Shown: positions 1 through 8,175 of the stretch, one piece after another | Layout of the letters: every line of letters begins with the position of its first letter | Numbering within the stretch: position 1 is the first letter of the stretch | The notes under the pieces: generated by a model | The model's input: only the letters and a program-made list of their open reading frames with translations | Told to the model about the DNA's origin: nothing | The model's database searches: none | Source of the DNA: Vibrio cholerae ATCC 14035 | Lineage (GTDB): Bacteria; Pseudomonadota; Gammaproteobacteria; Enterobacterales; Vibrionaceae | Reading direction: 5' to 3' | DNA length: 32,000 bases | Assembly: GCF_000621645.1 (NCBI RefSeq) | Contig: NZ_JHXR01000010.1 | Coordinates: 146,483-178,482 of the forward strand | Program-made: the position numbers and the translations under genes

Positions 1-538
1 TTGCCGCGTTATGGATACGGCGCAGCTCTTTGGCAAAGCCTAAATCCAACATACGATCCGCTTCATCCAGCACTAGCGTTTCTAGGCCTTCCAAAAAGAG
101 TGAACGGTGGTCAAGATGATCGGCTAAACGTCCGGGTGTCGCGACAATAAAGCGAGGTCCACGCGCTAACGCTTTCACTTGGTCATTAAAGTTTTCACCA
201 CCCGTGATCAAGGTTGCCGTATAACTTAAACCACCCAACATGGAGCGCAGCTCACCATACACCTGCTTTGCCAACTCACGGGTTGGAACCAAAATCAAGC
301 CACGTGGATCTTTAGCTGAAAAGGCTTTGGTTTTTAAAGATTTATGCAGCATAGGCAGCACGAATGCCAACGTTTTGCCCGAACCTGTCTTAGATGAGGC
401 CAACAAATCACGTCCCGCAATCGTGAGCGGTATCGCCTGTTGTTGGATCTCAGTCGCTTGTTTGAAATTGTAATGCGCTAGATTTTTCAATAAGCGATTA
501 TCTAAGCCTAAATCTTTGAATTGCAAAGTACTCTCCAT
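1..538 (-). CDS. DEAD-box ATP-dependent RNA helicase, N-terminal part; the gene runs off the window start
   Basis: Absent from the ORF track because it has no stop in the window. My reverse-complement translation from the ATG (rc of 536-538) gives MESTLQFKDLGLDNRLLKNLAHYNFKQATEIQQQAIPLTIAGRDLLASSKTGSGKTLAF... and, in the same frame at the window edge, ...ADHLDHRSLFLEGLETLVLDEADRMLDLGFAKELRRIHNAA. This shows the Q-motif, Walker A (GSGKT) and DEAD box. Confidence 0.9.
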   Translation of the reverse strand, partial: MESTLQFKDLGLDNRLLKNLAHYNFKQATEIQQQAIPLTIAGRDLLASSKTGSGKTLAFVLPMLHKSLKTKAFSAKDPRGLILVPTRELAKQVYGELRSMLGGLSYTATLITGGENFNDQVKALARGPRFIVATPGRLADHLDHRSLFLEGLETLVLDEADRMLDLGFAKELRRIHNAA

Positions 539-659
539 CTTTGGTTGTGCTTAAAACTGTAAAGCAGATCACGAAAAAGGCCATTATAATAGCGCAAATC
601 GACGCACCATAGATAGCTGACCGACAAAATAATCCCAAAATCTATAGGGTAAGTTTGGG

Positions 660-859
660 TATACCCAAACTGCTTGGCGTTGCAAGTAGGCAGCAAGTTG
701 AGTGACAAATTTGTCTGGAACAAACTTGCACATCCATCGACTGGCCTTTGCTGAGAGCCAAGGATGGCTCTCATCATCCCCCATGAGCATAGACAAACTC
801 TGTGATTGGAGCGAACGAACGTAGCCAATATCGTTGCGACTTCAAGTAGAAAGGGCATA
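660..859 (+). repeat. ERIC (enterobacterial repetitive intergenic consensus / IRU) element, long form with an internal insertion of about 73 bp
   Basis: Left end TATACCCAAACTGCTTGGCGTTGCAAGTAGGCAGCAAG, core CATCCCCCATGAGCATAGACAAACTCTGTGATTGGAGCGAACGAACGTAGCC and right end GACTTCAAGTAGAAAGGGCATA align with the 127-bp copy at 12916-13042. About 73 extra bp (roughly 698-770) sit between the left arm and the core. The core resembles the ERIC consensus as I recall it (GTGAATCCCCAGGAGCTTACATAAGTAAGTGACTGGGGTGAGCG). Confidence 0.75.
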
Positions 860-1068
860 TCGGTTTATCGAATAGAAAACGCATTATTCATAATCTAATA
901 ATTAAGATGTCGGACAATTAATTGATTCGTTGTCAAAATCTTGGATTTTTTTAGCTTTTGAGGGCTAGTTTTGCGCGAAATTGCGACTACAATAATTCCG
1001 TCCATATTTTAATTTTCGATAAGTATAGGACGTCAATAACACCGACTTACCAAGTTAAGGAGTTCTCT

Positions 1069-1317
1069 ATGAACAAGATGTTAATCGCAGCAGCAGCGTC
1101 TTCCGTACTTCTACTAGCGGGTTGCGCCTCTGGTCCTGATGAAGCTACCACTGCAAAAATGAACGAAATCAGCACTCAGGTCAGCGAACTGAATTCGCAA
1201 GTTGCTGCACTGGCATCAAAAGTGGATCAAGCTGCTGAAGCAGCGAAAGCCGCTCAAGAAGAAGCTGCACGCGCTAACGAACGTATCGACAATATTGCTC
1301 AGTCTTACACTAAGTAA
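1069..1317 (+). CDS. lpp: Braun-type major outer-membrane lipoprotein (Lpp)
   Basis: AAGGAG lies 7 nt upstream of the ATG at 1069. The lipobox is LLLAGC. A heptad-rich Ala/Gln coiled coil follows (NSQVAALASKVDQAAEAAKAAQEEAARANERIDN). The C-terminus is YTK, ending in the lysine that Lpp uses for peptidoglycan attachment. The track ORF from 958 is a TTG-extended version. Confidence 0.85.
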   Translation: MNKMLIAAAASSVLLLAGCASGPDEATTAKMNEISTQVSELNSQVAALASKVDQAAEAAKAAQEEAARANERIDNIAQSYTK

Positions 1318-1337
1318 TCTTTGAGTGATATAAATTG

Positions 1338-1368
1338 AAAGAGCCAGCATTTGCTGGCTCTTTTTTTC
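1338..1368 (+). terminator. Rho-independent terminator between convergent lpp and the L,D-transpeptidase gene
   Basis: GAGCCAGC-ATTT-GCTGGCTC stem-loop followed by TTTTTTT (1361-1367). The reverse strand is followed by a weaker T-rich tract. Confidence 0.8.
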
Positions 1369-1402
1369 TCTCATACCACGAACGGTAACCAAAATAACGA
1401 AG

Positions 1403-2323
1403 TTACTGGGCGATAGTTTCCCACTGTGGTGGAGCAATTTCGACCGGAACCCCATTTTGTGCTAAAACTGCGGCGCGCGCTTTTGCATCAGAGATTTTAT
1501 GCTCTTGCAGCCACCAACTCAGCTCTTCTGGTACCACCAAGTTTTTCTTCACGCCATTGCTGCGGGTAAGCGGCTCATGCACTTCAATAAACACACTACG
1601 ATCAGGTTCAAGCGCAACTTTGATCGGTTCGTTGATAATCCGAACTTTTTCTCCACGCTCAACTTGTTGGTAAAGCCACTCAATGTCTTTCGGATCCATA
1701 CGAATGCAACCAGCACTCACCCTCATGCCTACGCCAAAATCTTTGTTGGTTCCATGAATCAGATATTCTCCAGAACCATAAGCTAAACGCATCGCGTAAT
1801 CACCGAGCGGGTTTTCTGGGCCTGCGGGTACGACTGGCGGCAAATCAATCCCTTTGGCTTTGTATTCTTTGCGAATCGATGCTGGCGGCGTCCAAGTTGG
1901 GTACTTGCGCTTGCTGCTGATTGACGTTTGCATCACAGGTGTATCGCGGCCGATACGCCCAATGCCGACGGGGAAGATATGCACTTTACCTTCATTAGGA
2001 CGGAAATAGTAAAGGCGTAACTCAGCAAGGTTAATCACAATGCCTTCATAGGCCACTTTCGGCAAAATGATCTTTGCAGGGATAGAGATGACAAAACCTT
2101 CTTGGGGTAAGAAAGGGTCGACTCCACGATTGGCAGCCATTAATGCTAGGAAGCCAATATCGTATTTTTTTGCAATGTCGGCTAAAGTCTCGCCTTTCTC
2201 AACTTTATGATATTGCGTGTTACCGACTATGCTACTGCCTTCGATAGGTAGATCAAACACGGCGGCATTGATACTCCAACTGACCGCCAATGCACAACCG
2301 ATTACCCAAACTTTCCACCACAT
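1403..2323 (-). CDS. Periplasmic L,D-transpeptidase (LysM + YkuD/ErfK-YbiS-YcfS-YnhG catalytic domain)
   Basis: Signal peptide MWWKVWVIGCALAVSWSINAA. LysM-like segment YHKVEKGETLADIAKKYDIGFLALMAANRGVDP. Catalytic motif YLIHGTNKDFGVGMRVSAGCIRM (H...SxGC). I recall this as the second V. cholerae Ldt (VCA0058), but I leave the symbol blank. Confidence 0.85.
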   Translation of the reverse strand: MWWKVWVIGCALAVSWSINAAVFDLPIEGSSIVGNTQYHKVEKGETLADIAKKYDIGFLALMAANRGVDPFLPQEGFVISIPAKIILPKVAYEGIVINLAELRLYYFRPNEGKVHIFPVGIGRIGRDTPVMQTSISSKRKYPTWTPPASIRKEYKAKGIDLPPVVPAGPENPLGDYAMRLAYGSGEYLIHGTNKDFGVGMRVSAGCIRMDPKDIEWLYQQVERGEKVRIINEPIKVALEPDRSVFIEVHEPLTRSNGVKKNLVVPEELSWWLQEHKISDAKARAAVLAQNGVPVEIAPPQWETIAQ

Positions 2324-2331
2324 CTTTTTGG

Positions 2332-3741
2332 TTATCCCTTCGCTGTTTTATACAGACGTAAGGTTACTTCTCTTTCCTGCTTATGATCAACTAGTCGCGC
2401 AGGATATAACACGCTATTGACAGCCGGATAAGCCCAAGGTTGATGAATATAAGCCGAAGAAACTGAACGCAGCTCCGGCACCCAACGGCGGATGAAGTCG
2501 CCATTCGGGTCAAATTTCTCCCCCTGACTGACCGGATTAAAAATCCGAAAATAGGGCTGTCCATCACACCCAGTGGATGCACACCACTGCCAACCACCAT
2601 TGTTGGCCGCATAATCACCATCAATCAGGCGACTCATGAAATAGCGCTCACCCCAGCGCCAGTCGATGTGCAGATCTTTGGTAAGAAAGCTCGCCACGAT
2701 CATCCTTAACCGATTGTGCATCCATCCGGTTTGGTTCAGTTGGCGCATTGCCGCATCGACGATCGGATACCCAGTCTTGCCTTCACACCAGAGCTGGAAC
2801 TTTTCGTTATCATTCCACCACTCCAAACGCGCGCCCCACTCCACAAAGTCACGACTTTTCGAAAGATTAGGCTCAATTGCAACCAAATGCTGGTAAAACT
2901 CACGCCAGATGAGTTCGCTCAACCAGGCTTGTGCCCCTTCACTGAGTTCGCCCATTGATGACTCGTGATACAAGCGAGCCACACATTGACGCGCCGATAA
3001 CACGCCAATCGCCAAGTAGGGTGAGAGCGAACTGGTGCCTTCCTGAGCCGGAAAATCACGCGCTTGATGGTAGTCCTGCACTCGTTCACGGCAAAATTCA
3101 CGCAATTGAGCGCGCACAGTCTCAAAGTCCGCAGCCCACGGCGTGCTGTCTATTCTGGGGTAATCGAATGCTTGTTCTGGATGCCAAACCAATTCGGCCA
3201 ACGCACTCGGTACGTTCCAAAGCGCTGCGGGACGATTTTTTCCAATCACAGGCGGCTGAAAAAGAGTGAGCCATGCGCGCTTGAAAGGGGTGAACACTTT
3301 AAAAAATTCGCCCTGTTTCGTGCGCACCGAACCGGGAGGTAATACGCATTTATCATCAAAAGCAGACCATGTTATCCCTTGTTCGCTCAGTAACTGCTGT
3401 GCCGATTGATCACGTTGCTGCTCGTCCAATTCGTAATCACGATTGGCGAGAACTTGTTTGGCATTAAGTGTTTTCGCCAACTGGCTAACCGCCACAGCCG
3501 CCGCTTGAAAATCCGCGACTTGCTGATAAAAAAGTGGCACGTTAAGCGCAGCAAGCTCTTGTTGCAACTCTGCCAAACGTCGCCAAATCAAATCGGCTTG
3601 AATAGGCGCTAGATGGTGCTGATGCCACTGCTCTGGAGTAGCGATATACATCGCCGCAACCGGATCGCCACTGTTTAACGCGGCGGTGAGCGCAGTATTA
3701 TCAAAGCTGCGCAGATCACGACGAAACCAAACCAGTCTCAT
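2332..3741 (-). CDS. phr: Deoxyribodipyrimidine (CPD) photolyase
   Basis: 469 aa. N-terminus MRLVWFRRDLRSFDNTAL. FAD-binding C-terminal motifs TGYPIVDAAMRQL, GWMHNRLRMIVASFL, DGDYAANNGGWQW. These are typical class I photolyase. Confidence 0.9.
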   Translation of the reverse strand: MRLVWFRRDLRSFDNTALTAALNSGDPVAAMYIATPEQWHQHHLAPIQADLIWRRLAELQQELAALNVPLFYQQVADFQAAAVAVSQLAKTLNAKQVLANRDYELDEQQRDQSAQQLLSEQGITWSAFDDKCVLPPGSVRTKQGEFFKVFTPFKRAWLTLFQPPVIGKNRPAALWNVPSALAELVWHPEQAFDYPRIDSTPWAADFETVRAQLREFCRERVQDYHQARDFPAQEGTSSLSPYLAIGVLSARQCVARLYHESSMGELSEGAQAWLSELIWREFYQHLVAIEPNLSKSRDFVEWGARLEWWNDNEKFQLWCEGKTGYPIVDAAMRQLNQTGWMHNRLRMIVASFLTKDLHIDWRWGERYFMSRLIDGDYAANNGGWQWCASTGCDGQPYFRIFNPVSQGEKFDPNGDFIRRWVPELRSVSSAYIHQPWAYPAVNSVLYPARLVDHKQEREVTLRLYKTAKG

Positions 3742-3750
3742 ACCAACTCC

Positions 3751-4548
3751 CTAAGATTGTAGCTGTTGTAGCACATTCGATAGTACACACTGCTCGCCAA
3801 ACTGCTGTTGGAGGCTCGCTAATGCTGACTGTTGAGCCACAGGTAGTGCTCGATGGGCGTGCAGAGCCAGAATCTGGTATTGCGCTAACCCCGGATTCTC
3901 TAGCAAACCACGAATATCATCGACGGCTTCCAACAGCGTCACTTGGTGACCATTTTCAGCCCACGCCAGAGCCCATAACCAAGCATTCAGCGATCCAGCT
4001 TCATCCAAACTAATGCATAAGCATTTGCCTTTCACTGCCGCTTTGTTTTCGGCATCAAGAATAAAAGCTAACTTGCTGAGCATGAGCGTGCGAAACAGAC
4101 CAATCTGTAGTGAACGCAAAGGGCCTTTCACTCGCTCAAGGGCTTCTGTGACGGGTTGTACAAACTGTGCTTGCATCACACTCAGCGGATACTCTTTAAG
4201 CACGGTCGCAATAATCTGCTCCGCTTTGGAACGTTGTAGCGCTGCCAGCGCCGTAAGAAGTGTTTCGCACTCTTCGAGCTGACCAACGGGTTGCGGGATA
4301 GACTCACTCTCAGACACCCCACTTTGTAGTAACGCGCCCACTTTTCCAATCGCGACCCCTTTCGCCAACCAACTCTGGATCTGACGGATCATATCTATAT
4401 CCTGTTCAGTAAACAGGCGATGCCCTTTCTCGGTACGATCGGGTTGCACCAGATTATACCGACGTTGCCACGCACGTAAGGTGACCGGTTTAACCCCAGT
4501 GATTTCCGCGACTTCTCTTATCGCGTAACGTTTTTCATCACAAACCAT
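3751..4548 (-). CDS. MerR-family transcriptional regulator (LitR/CarH-like architecture, no obvious B12-binding His motif)
   Basis: N-terminal MerR HTH YAIREVAEITGVKPVTLRAWQRRYNLVQPDRTEKGHRLFTEQDI. The roughly 170-aa C-terminal domain lacks a DxHxxG-type motif. It lies directly between ybgA-like and phr, overlapping one by 11 nt and 10 nt from the other. Confidence 0.85.
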   Translation of the reverse strand: MVCDEKRYAIREVAEITGVKPVTLRAWQRRYNLVQPDRTEKGHRLFTEQDIDMIRQIQSWLAKGVAIGKVGALLQSGVSESESIPQPVGQLEECETLLTALAALQRSKAEQIIATVLKEYPLSVMQAQFVQPVTEALERVKGPLRSLQIGLFRTLMLSKLAFILDAENKAAVKGKCLCISLDEAGSLNAWLWALAWAENGHQVTLLEAVDDIRGLLENPGLAQYQILALHAHRALPVAQQSALASLQQQFGEQCVLSNVLQQLQS

Positions 4549-5491
4549 AACGTAGTTTCAACTCCTGAGGATAAGGGTTTAGGTAGCGCTGCTGAGCGAG
4601 ATAAGCATCAGGAAACAGAGCGAGATAATGTTTGAGTAGCGTGATGGGCGCTAACAGTGGCAGCTCACCCACCCGATAGCTCTCGATCACTTGAGCCAGT
4701 TCGGCTTTTTGTAATTTGTTCAGCGAGCGCTTGAAATAACCTTGCAAATGCATCAGCACATTCGTGTTATTTTTGCGGCTAGCACGGTGAGCCAGAGCTT
4801 GCATCAAACCTAAGCGGTACTCTTGGATAAAAGAATCCAGTGGATACTGTTTCACATTCGCCACTAAGCGGCCTAACGCGCGATACGCCTGCGGGTTATG
4901 TGCCATCAGGGTTAATTTGTAGCGAGAGTGAAATTCGACGATTTTTTTCGCGCTCGGCGCATCGCCCATGCTGGTGTAAAAATCATGCAAACAGAAAACT
5001 CGGGTGATGTAATTTTCCCGCAAGACCGGATCATTCAATCGACCATCTTCTTCAATCGGTAGCCACGGCATTTTCTCCATCAAAATTCGGGTATAGACGC
5101 CAACACCGTCTTTTTCGGTGCCATTGTGCTTGTAGACTTTGACACGCTCCATACCACAACTGGGTGATTTTGCGCAGACGATGTAGCCACACAACTCAGC
5201 ATGTTGTAACTCAGCAACTTTCTGCTGTGAGTAACTCTCTAACGCTGCGGTGTGATCACGCGAGCTATCTTTGGTTTCCACCAACGCAATCCGTTCATTT
5301 TCCGAGATAAGTCGTAATGTGGGACGCGGAACAGGTAGCCCCATTCCCATTTCTGGACAAACAGAAACAAACTCCGCGTAACGATCGAGCTCATTGGTCA
5401 CGAAGTGGCTAATTTTATGCCCGCCATCGAAGCGTACTTTTGCTCCAAGTAGACAAGCACTGATCCCAATTTTGAGTGGCGTGGTCTGCAT
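4538..5491 (-). CDS. DUF523/DUF1722 (YbgA-like) protein
   Basis: PLKIGISACLLGAKVRFDGGHK (DUF523-like N-terminus) followed by a helical YbgA-like C-terminal half. I place the start at the ATG at 5491 (GGAG 6 nt upstream) rather than the GTG at 5506 used by the track. ybgA precedes phr in E. coli as well. Confidence 0.8.
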   Translation of the reverse strand: MQTTPLKIGISACLLGAKVRFDGGHKISHFVTNELDRYAEFVSVCPEMGMGLPVPRPTLRLISENERIALVETKDSSRDHTAALESYSQQKVAELQHAELCGYIVCAKSPSCGMERVKVYKHNGTEKDGVGVYTRILMEKMPWLPIEEDGRLNDPVLRENYITRVFCLHDFYTSMGDAPSAKKIVEFHSRYKLTLMAHNPQAYRALGRLVANVKQYPLDSFIQEYRLGLMQALAHRASRKNNTNVLMHLQGYFKRSLNKLQKAELAQVIESYRVGELPLLAPITLLKHYLALFPDAYLAQQRYLNPYPQELKLRYGL

Positions 5492-5528
5492 ACGAGTCTC
5501 CAACACTTATCTATACAATGAAAATTTC

Positions 5529-5582
5529 TGTACAAGATCTATAGCACGTGATTTTGTACTGTACAAATATTTTTTTTGTACA
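5529..5582. promoter_or_regulatory. Cluster of TGTACA palindromic hexamers in the divergent ybgA-merR-phr / deoD intergenic region (candidate MerR-type operator)
   Basis: TGTACA at 5529-5534, 5560-5565 and 5577-5582. A TGTAC sits at 5555-5559 abutting the second copy. The last two hexamers are separated by 11 nt. CACGTG palindrome at 5545-5550. Confidence 0.3.
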
Positions 5583-5683
5583 GAATTTTCCAACCCTACC
5601 AACCAAACGATTAGCTCAACGTTTGCCTTATCAGTTTCAACAGATTTCGTTATCAATAGCCTATTTCAATTTTAAAAGAGAGT

Positions 5684-5705
5684 ATTTTGTGACACTTCTC
5701 TCAAG
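5684..5705 (+). promoter_or_regulatory. Candidate CRP-binding site upstream of deoD
   Basis: TTTTGTGACACTTCTCTCAAGT contains TGTGA-N6-TCTCA (consensus TGTGA-N6-TCACA, 9/10), about 115 nt upstream of the deoD ATG. Nucleoside catabolic genes are classically under CRP/CytR control. Confidence 0.35.
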
Positions 5706-5812
5706 TAGCCTTGTGGATACTGGCTAGTATTGGCACAACAGATAAGCCTTGAGCCAACAGGATCCGTAATTAGTATCTTTGTCTGTTGGCGAAATTGAAT
5801 TGGAGAGTAACC

Positions 5813-6523
5813 ATGGCAACCCCACACATTAACGCTCAACCTGGTGATTTTGCTGAAACCGTATTGATGCCGGGCGATCCACTACGTGCGAAATACATTG
5901 CAGAAACCTTCTTGGAAGACGTCAAGCAAGTGTGCGATGTACGTAGTATGTTTGGCTTTACAGGCACATACAAAGGCAAAAAAGTCTCTGTGATGGGTCA
6001 TGGCATGGGCATCCCTTCTTGCAGCATTTATGTACATGAATTGATTGCAGAATATGGTGTAAAAAACATCATTCGTATCGGCAGCTGTGGTGCAGTACGT
6101 GATGACGTCAAACTGATGGACGTGGTGATCGGTATGGGTGCATCAACTGACTCAAAAGTGAACCGCATCCGCTTCAGCGGCCATGATTTTGCGGCCATCG
6201 CCGACTACGACTTGCTGGAAACGGCGATTAACCAAGCTCGTGCTCAGCAAGTACCAGTAAAAGTGGGTAACGTATTTTCTGCCGATCTGTTCTACACCCC
6301 TGAGCCTGAGATTTTCGAAAAGATGAAAAAACTCGGCATTTTAGGTGTGGATATGGAAGCGGCGGGTATCTACGGTGTAGCGGCTGATCTCGGCGCACGC
6401 GCTCTGACGATTCTGACTGTATCGGATCACATTCTACGTGGCGAAAAACTCAGCTCAGAAGATCGTCAAAAGTCATTTAATGACATGATGAAAGTTGCGC
6501 TTGAAACTGCCATCAACATCTAA
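5813..6523 (+). CDS. deoD: Purine nucleoside phosphorylase DeoD-type
   Basis: [36 protein letters not shown]...[12 protein letters not shown]...[13 protein letters not shown] is near-identical in pattern to E. coli DeoD. GGAGAG lies 6 nt upstream of the ATG at 5813; the track ORF starts at an upstream TTG. Confidence 0.92.
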   Translation: MATPHINAQPGDFAETVLMPGDPLRAKYIAETFLEDVKQVCDVRSMFGFTGTYKGKKVSVMGHGMGIPSCSIYVHELIAEYGVKNIIRIGSCGAVRDDVKLMDVVIGMGASTDSKVNRIRFSGHDFAAIADYDLLETAINQARAQQVPVKVGNVFSADLFYTPEPEIFEKMKKLGILGVDMEAAGIYGVAADLGARALTILTVSDHILRGEKLSSEDRQKSFNDMMKVALETAINI

Positions 6524-6587
6524 TCTATCTTGTTATTACCGTCAGGCCACTCAGCCTGACGGCCTCGAGTACCCCGAGGGGGAGATC

Positions 6588-8057
6588 GTGCCTAACGACC
6601 AACTACCACCGGACGCAGAAGGTTTACAACTCAACTTTTGTAAAACATTGGCGTGTGACAACTTTGGATTGAGTGAAGCAAAACATTACGTTTTGCAACG
6701 CGTAAACCCGAAACGGCCAGCGATGGTTTGTCGTGAATGTGGAGCTTTCCCCCCCTTACTTAATAACCGCGATGTGGTGAACGAACTGCACCGCTTACGC
6801 CAATTGCACAGTGATGGCCTACCGGCTTGCCATAATCCGGCATGCCCGAACACGGGATTATCCGTCCATACTCACAAACAGCTTTATCACGCCTTTGGTT
6901 ACAGTGGCGATCGCCAGCGTTATCGTTGCAAAGCCTGCCACTCGACGTTTGTGGATAAATGGTCAGGTGCCAATCATAAGCTCAACTTCCAAGAATCTCT
7001 GCTCGGGTTACTGTTTACAGGTTATTCCGTGCGCGAAATTTGCCGCAAGCTGTCAATCAATCCGAAAACCTTTTACGACCATCTCGACCATATCGCCAGC
7101 CGTTGTCGTCGCAAATTGGCAATGATTGATGCACGCTGGGTAAACCATGCCAAAGCGTATCAATTTGCCTCGCATTACCAACCCTTGCAGGCACACAGCC
7201 ATAATGGCGTTTACTGGATTGCTACCGGTGATGCGCAAACGGGTTACATTCTGTGCCAACATCTTAACTACTCTGCCGATGAACAGCCGACGGGCAGCCT
7301 AGACCACGATCCTTACCAAACGCCAGCACGTTTTGTGCCGCAAGGTTATGCCGCAGAAGCGCAGGCCACACCCCATAAAGCGTTAACCTTGTTACGGGAA
7401 CGGATTGATAACCGCTACCAACTGATTTTGGCGCGTGCCAACGTCGAAGATCCGATGGGCAACTTGGCACAGTTTCACTACCCCTCAAAAGGCGCAGTGA
7501 TCCGGCCGCCTTACACCTCCTACGCCCATTATCTGCATGTGCTGGATATGTGCGACCCAGGCAAACGAGTTTCAATCTTCATGCCGCAAGATCCTCTATT
7601 ACGTTCTGCGGCGTTAAGCGTCAGCTTGTCCCGTATCCGATGTCAAAATGTTGACCTTATGTACGTAGAGGAAGATCCGGATTGGCAGGCACAAAGCCCA
7701 TTGGAGAAAACCGATATTGTGCACATGGGGTGGTGGCGTGATCGTTGGGCTATCGCTCATTCAGGCACCAAAGCCAAAGGGATTTGTTATTTAGCGGGCA
7801 GCAACCCTGACCCACAACACTGGTTACAGCACGCCTCCATAAGACAAATCGAATACTATCAGAATCGATTCCAGCTCTTGTTCGAGTCCTTCATCAATGA
7901 GCCACGTCGTAAACTGCGGCCGGGCGGGATCCAGCCTCTGCTGGACATATTCCGTGCATGGCACAATTTATGCTACCAAGATAAACATGGATTTACTGCG
8001 GCACAAAACCTAGGTTTATCGCAGCATCCTCTAACATTAAAGGAACTTTTGTCCTAA
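6588..8057 (+). CDS. Hypothetical Cys-rich protein: InsA-like zinc-ribbon + HTH N-terminal region and a long uncharacterised C-terminal domain
   Basis: Long ORF in good coding context. CxxC-type pairs include CRECG, CHNPACPN and RYRCKACHSTF. An HTH-like segment follows (YSVREICRKLSINPKTFYDHLDHI). The start is uncertain. The track's TTG at 6495 overlaps deoD and spans a hairpin (CCGTCAGGC-N6-GCCTGACGG, 6538-6562). I prefer the GTG at 6588, preceded by GAGGGGGAG. An ATG further downstream (..KRPAMVCRECG) is an alternative. Confidence 0.6.
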   Translation: MPNDQLPPDAEGLQLNFCKTLACDNFGLSEAKHYVLQRVNPKRPAMVCRECGAFPPLLNNRDVVNELHRLRQLHSDGLPACHNPACPNTGLSVHTHKQLYHAFGYSGDRQRYRCKACHSTFVDKWSGANHKLNFQESLLGLLFTGYSVREICRKLSINPKTFYDHLDHIASRCRRKLAMIDARWVNHAKAYQFASHYQPLQAHSHNGVYWIATGDAQTGYILCQHLNYSADEQPTGSLDHDPYQTPARFVPQGYAAEAQATPHKALTLLRERIDNRYQLILARANVEDPMGNLAQFHYPSKGAVIRPPYTSYAHYLHVLDMCDPGKRVSIFMPQDPLLRSAALSVSLSRIRCQNVDLMYVEEDPDWQAQSPLEKTDIVHMGWWRDRWAIAHSGTKAKGICYLAGSNPDPQHWLQHASIRQIEYYQNRFQLLFESFINEPRRKLRPGGIQPLLDIFRAWHNLCYQDKHGFTAAQNLGLSQHPLTLKELLS

Positions 8058-8175
8058 ATTGCTTAGAGGAAGAGTGTGAGATAACACTAATTATTATCGA
8101 ATGACTTGATAAAAGTGTCCGTTTTTTCACATGAAATCGTGTTTAATGGCGTCTTATCCCTATAATGGGTAAGCC

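Noticed and set aside
240-473. 77-aa plus-strand ORF
   Set aside because: It lies entirely antisense within the DEAD-box helicase reading frame, which carries the Q-motif, Walker A and DEAD box. The ORF has no motifs or RBS of its own.
508-858. 116-aa and 70-aa minus-strand ORFs (508-858, 584-796)
   Set aside because: They run through the ERIC repeat and the helicase promoter region. Their sequence is repeat-derived and low-complexity, with no RBS. ERIC copies elsewhere generate similar spurious ORFs (for example 12771-13055).
958-1068. N-terminal extension of lpp in the track (starts at a TTG)
   Set aside because: AAGGAG sits directly before the ATG at 1069, and the signal peptide/lipobox begins there. 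The extension would bury the signal peptide.
5753-5790. Inverted repeat GCCAACAG-N22-CTGTTGGC just before the deoD RBS as a riboswitch or attenuator
   Set aside because: It is an 8-bp stem with a 22-nt loop and no U-tract, too weak to call. It could be a minor 5' UTR structure or a protein-binding dyad, and nothing else supports it.
6495-6587. TTG-initiated 5' extension of the 520-aa ORF overlapping the end of deoD
   Set aside because: The extension overlaps deoD by 29 nt and spans a strong hairpin (6538-6562) that looks like a deoD 3' structure. A GTG with a GGGGGAG Shine-Dalgarno at 6588 is more plausible. The exact start remains unproven.
6524-8175. Active IS element carrying the InsA-like gene
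   Set aside because: I could find no terminal inverted repeats or direct target duplications in the flanks, and no second transposase frame or frameshift site.
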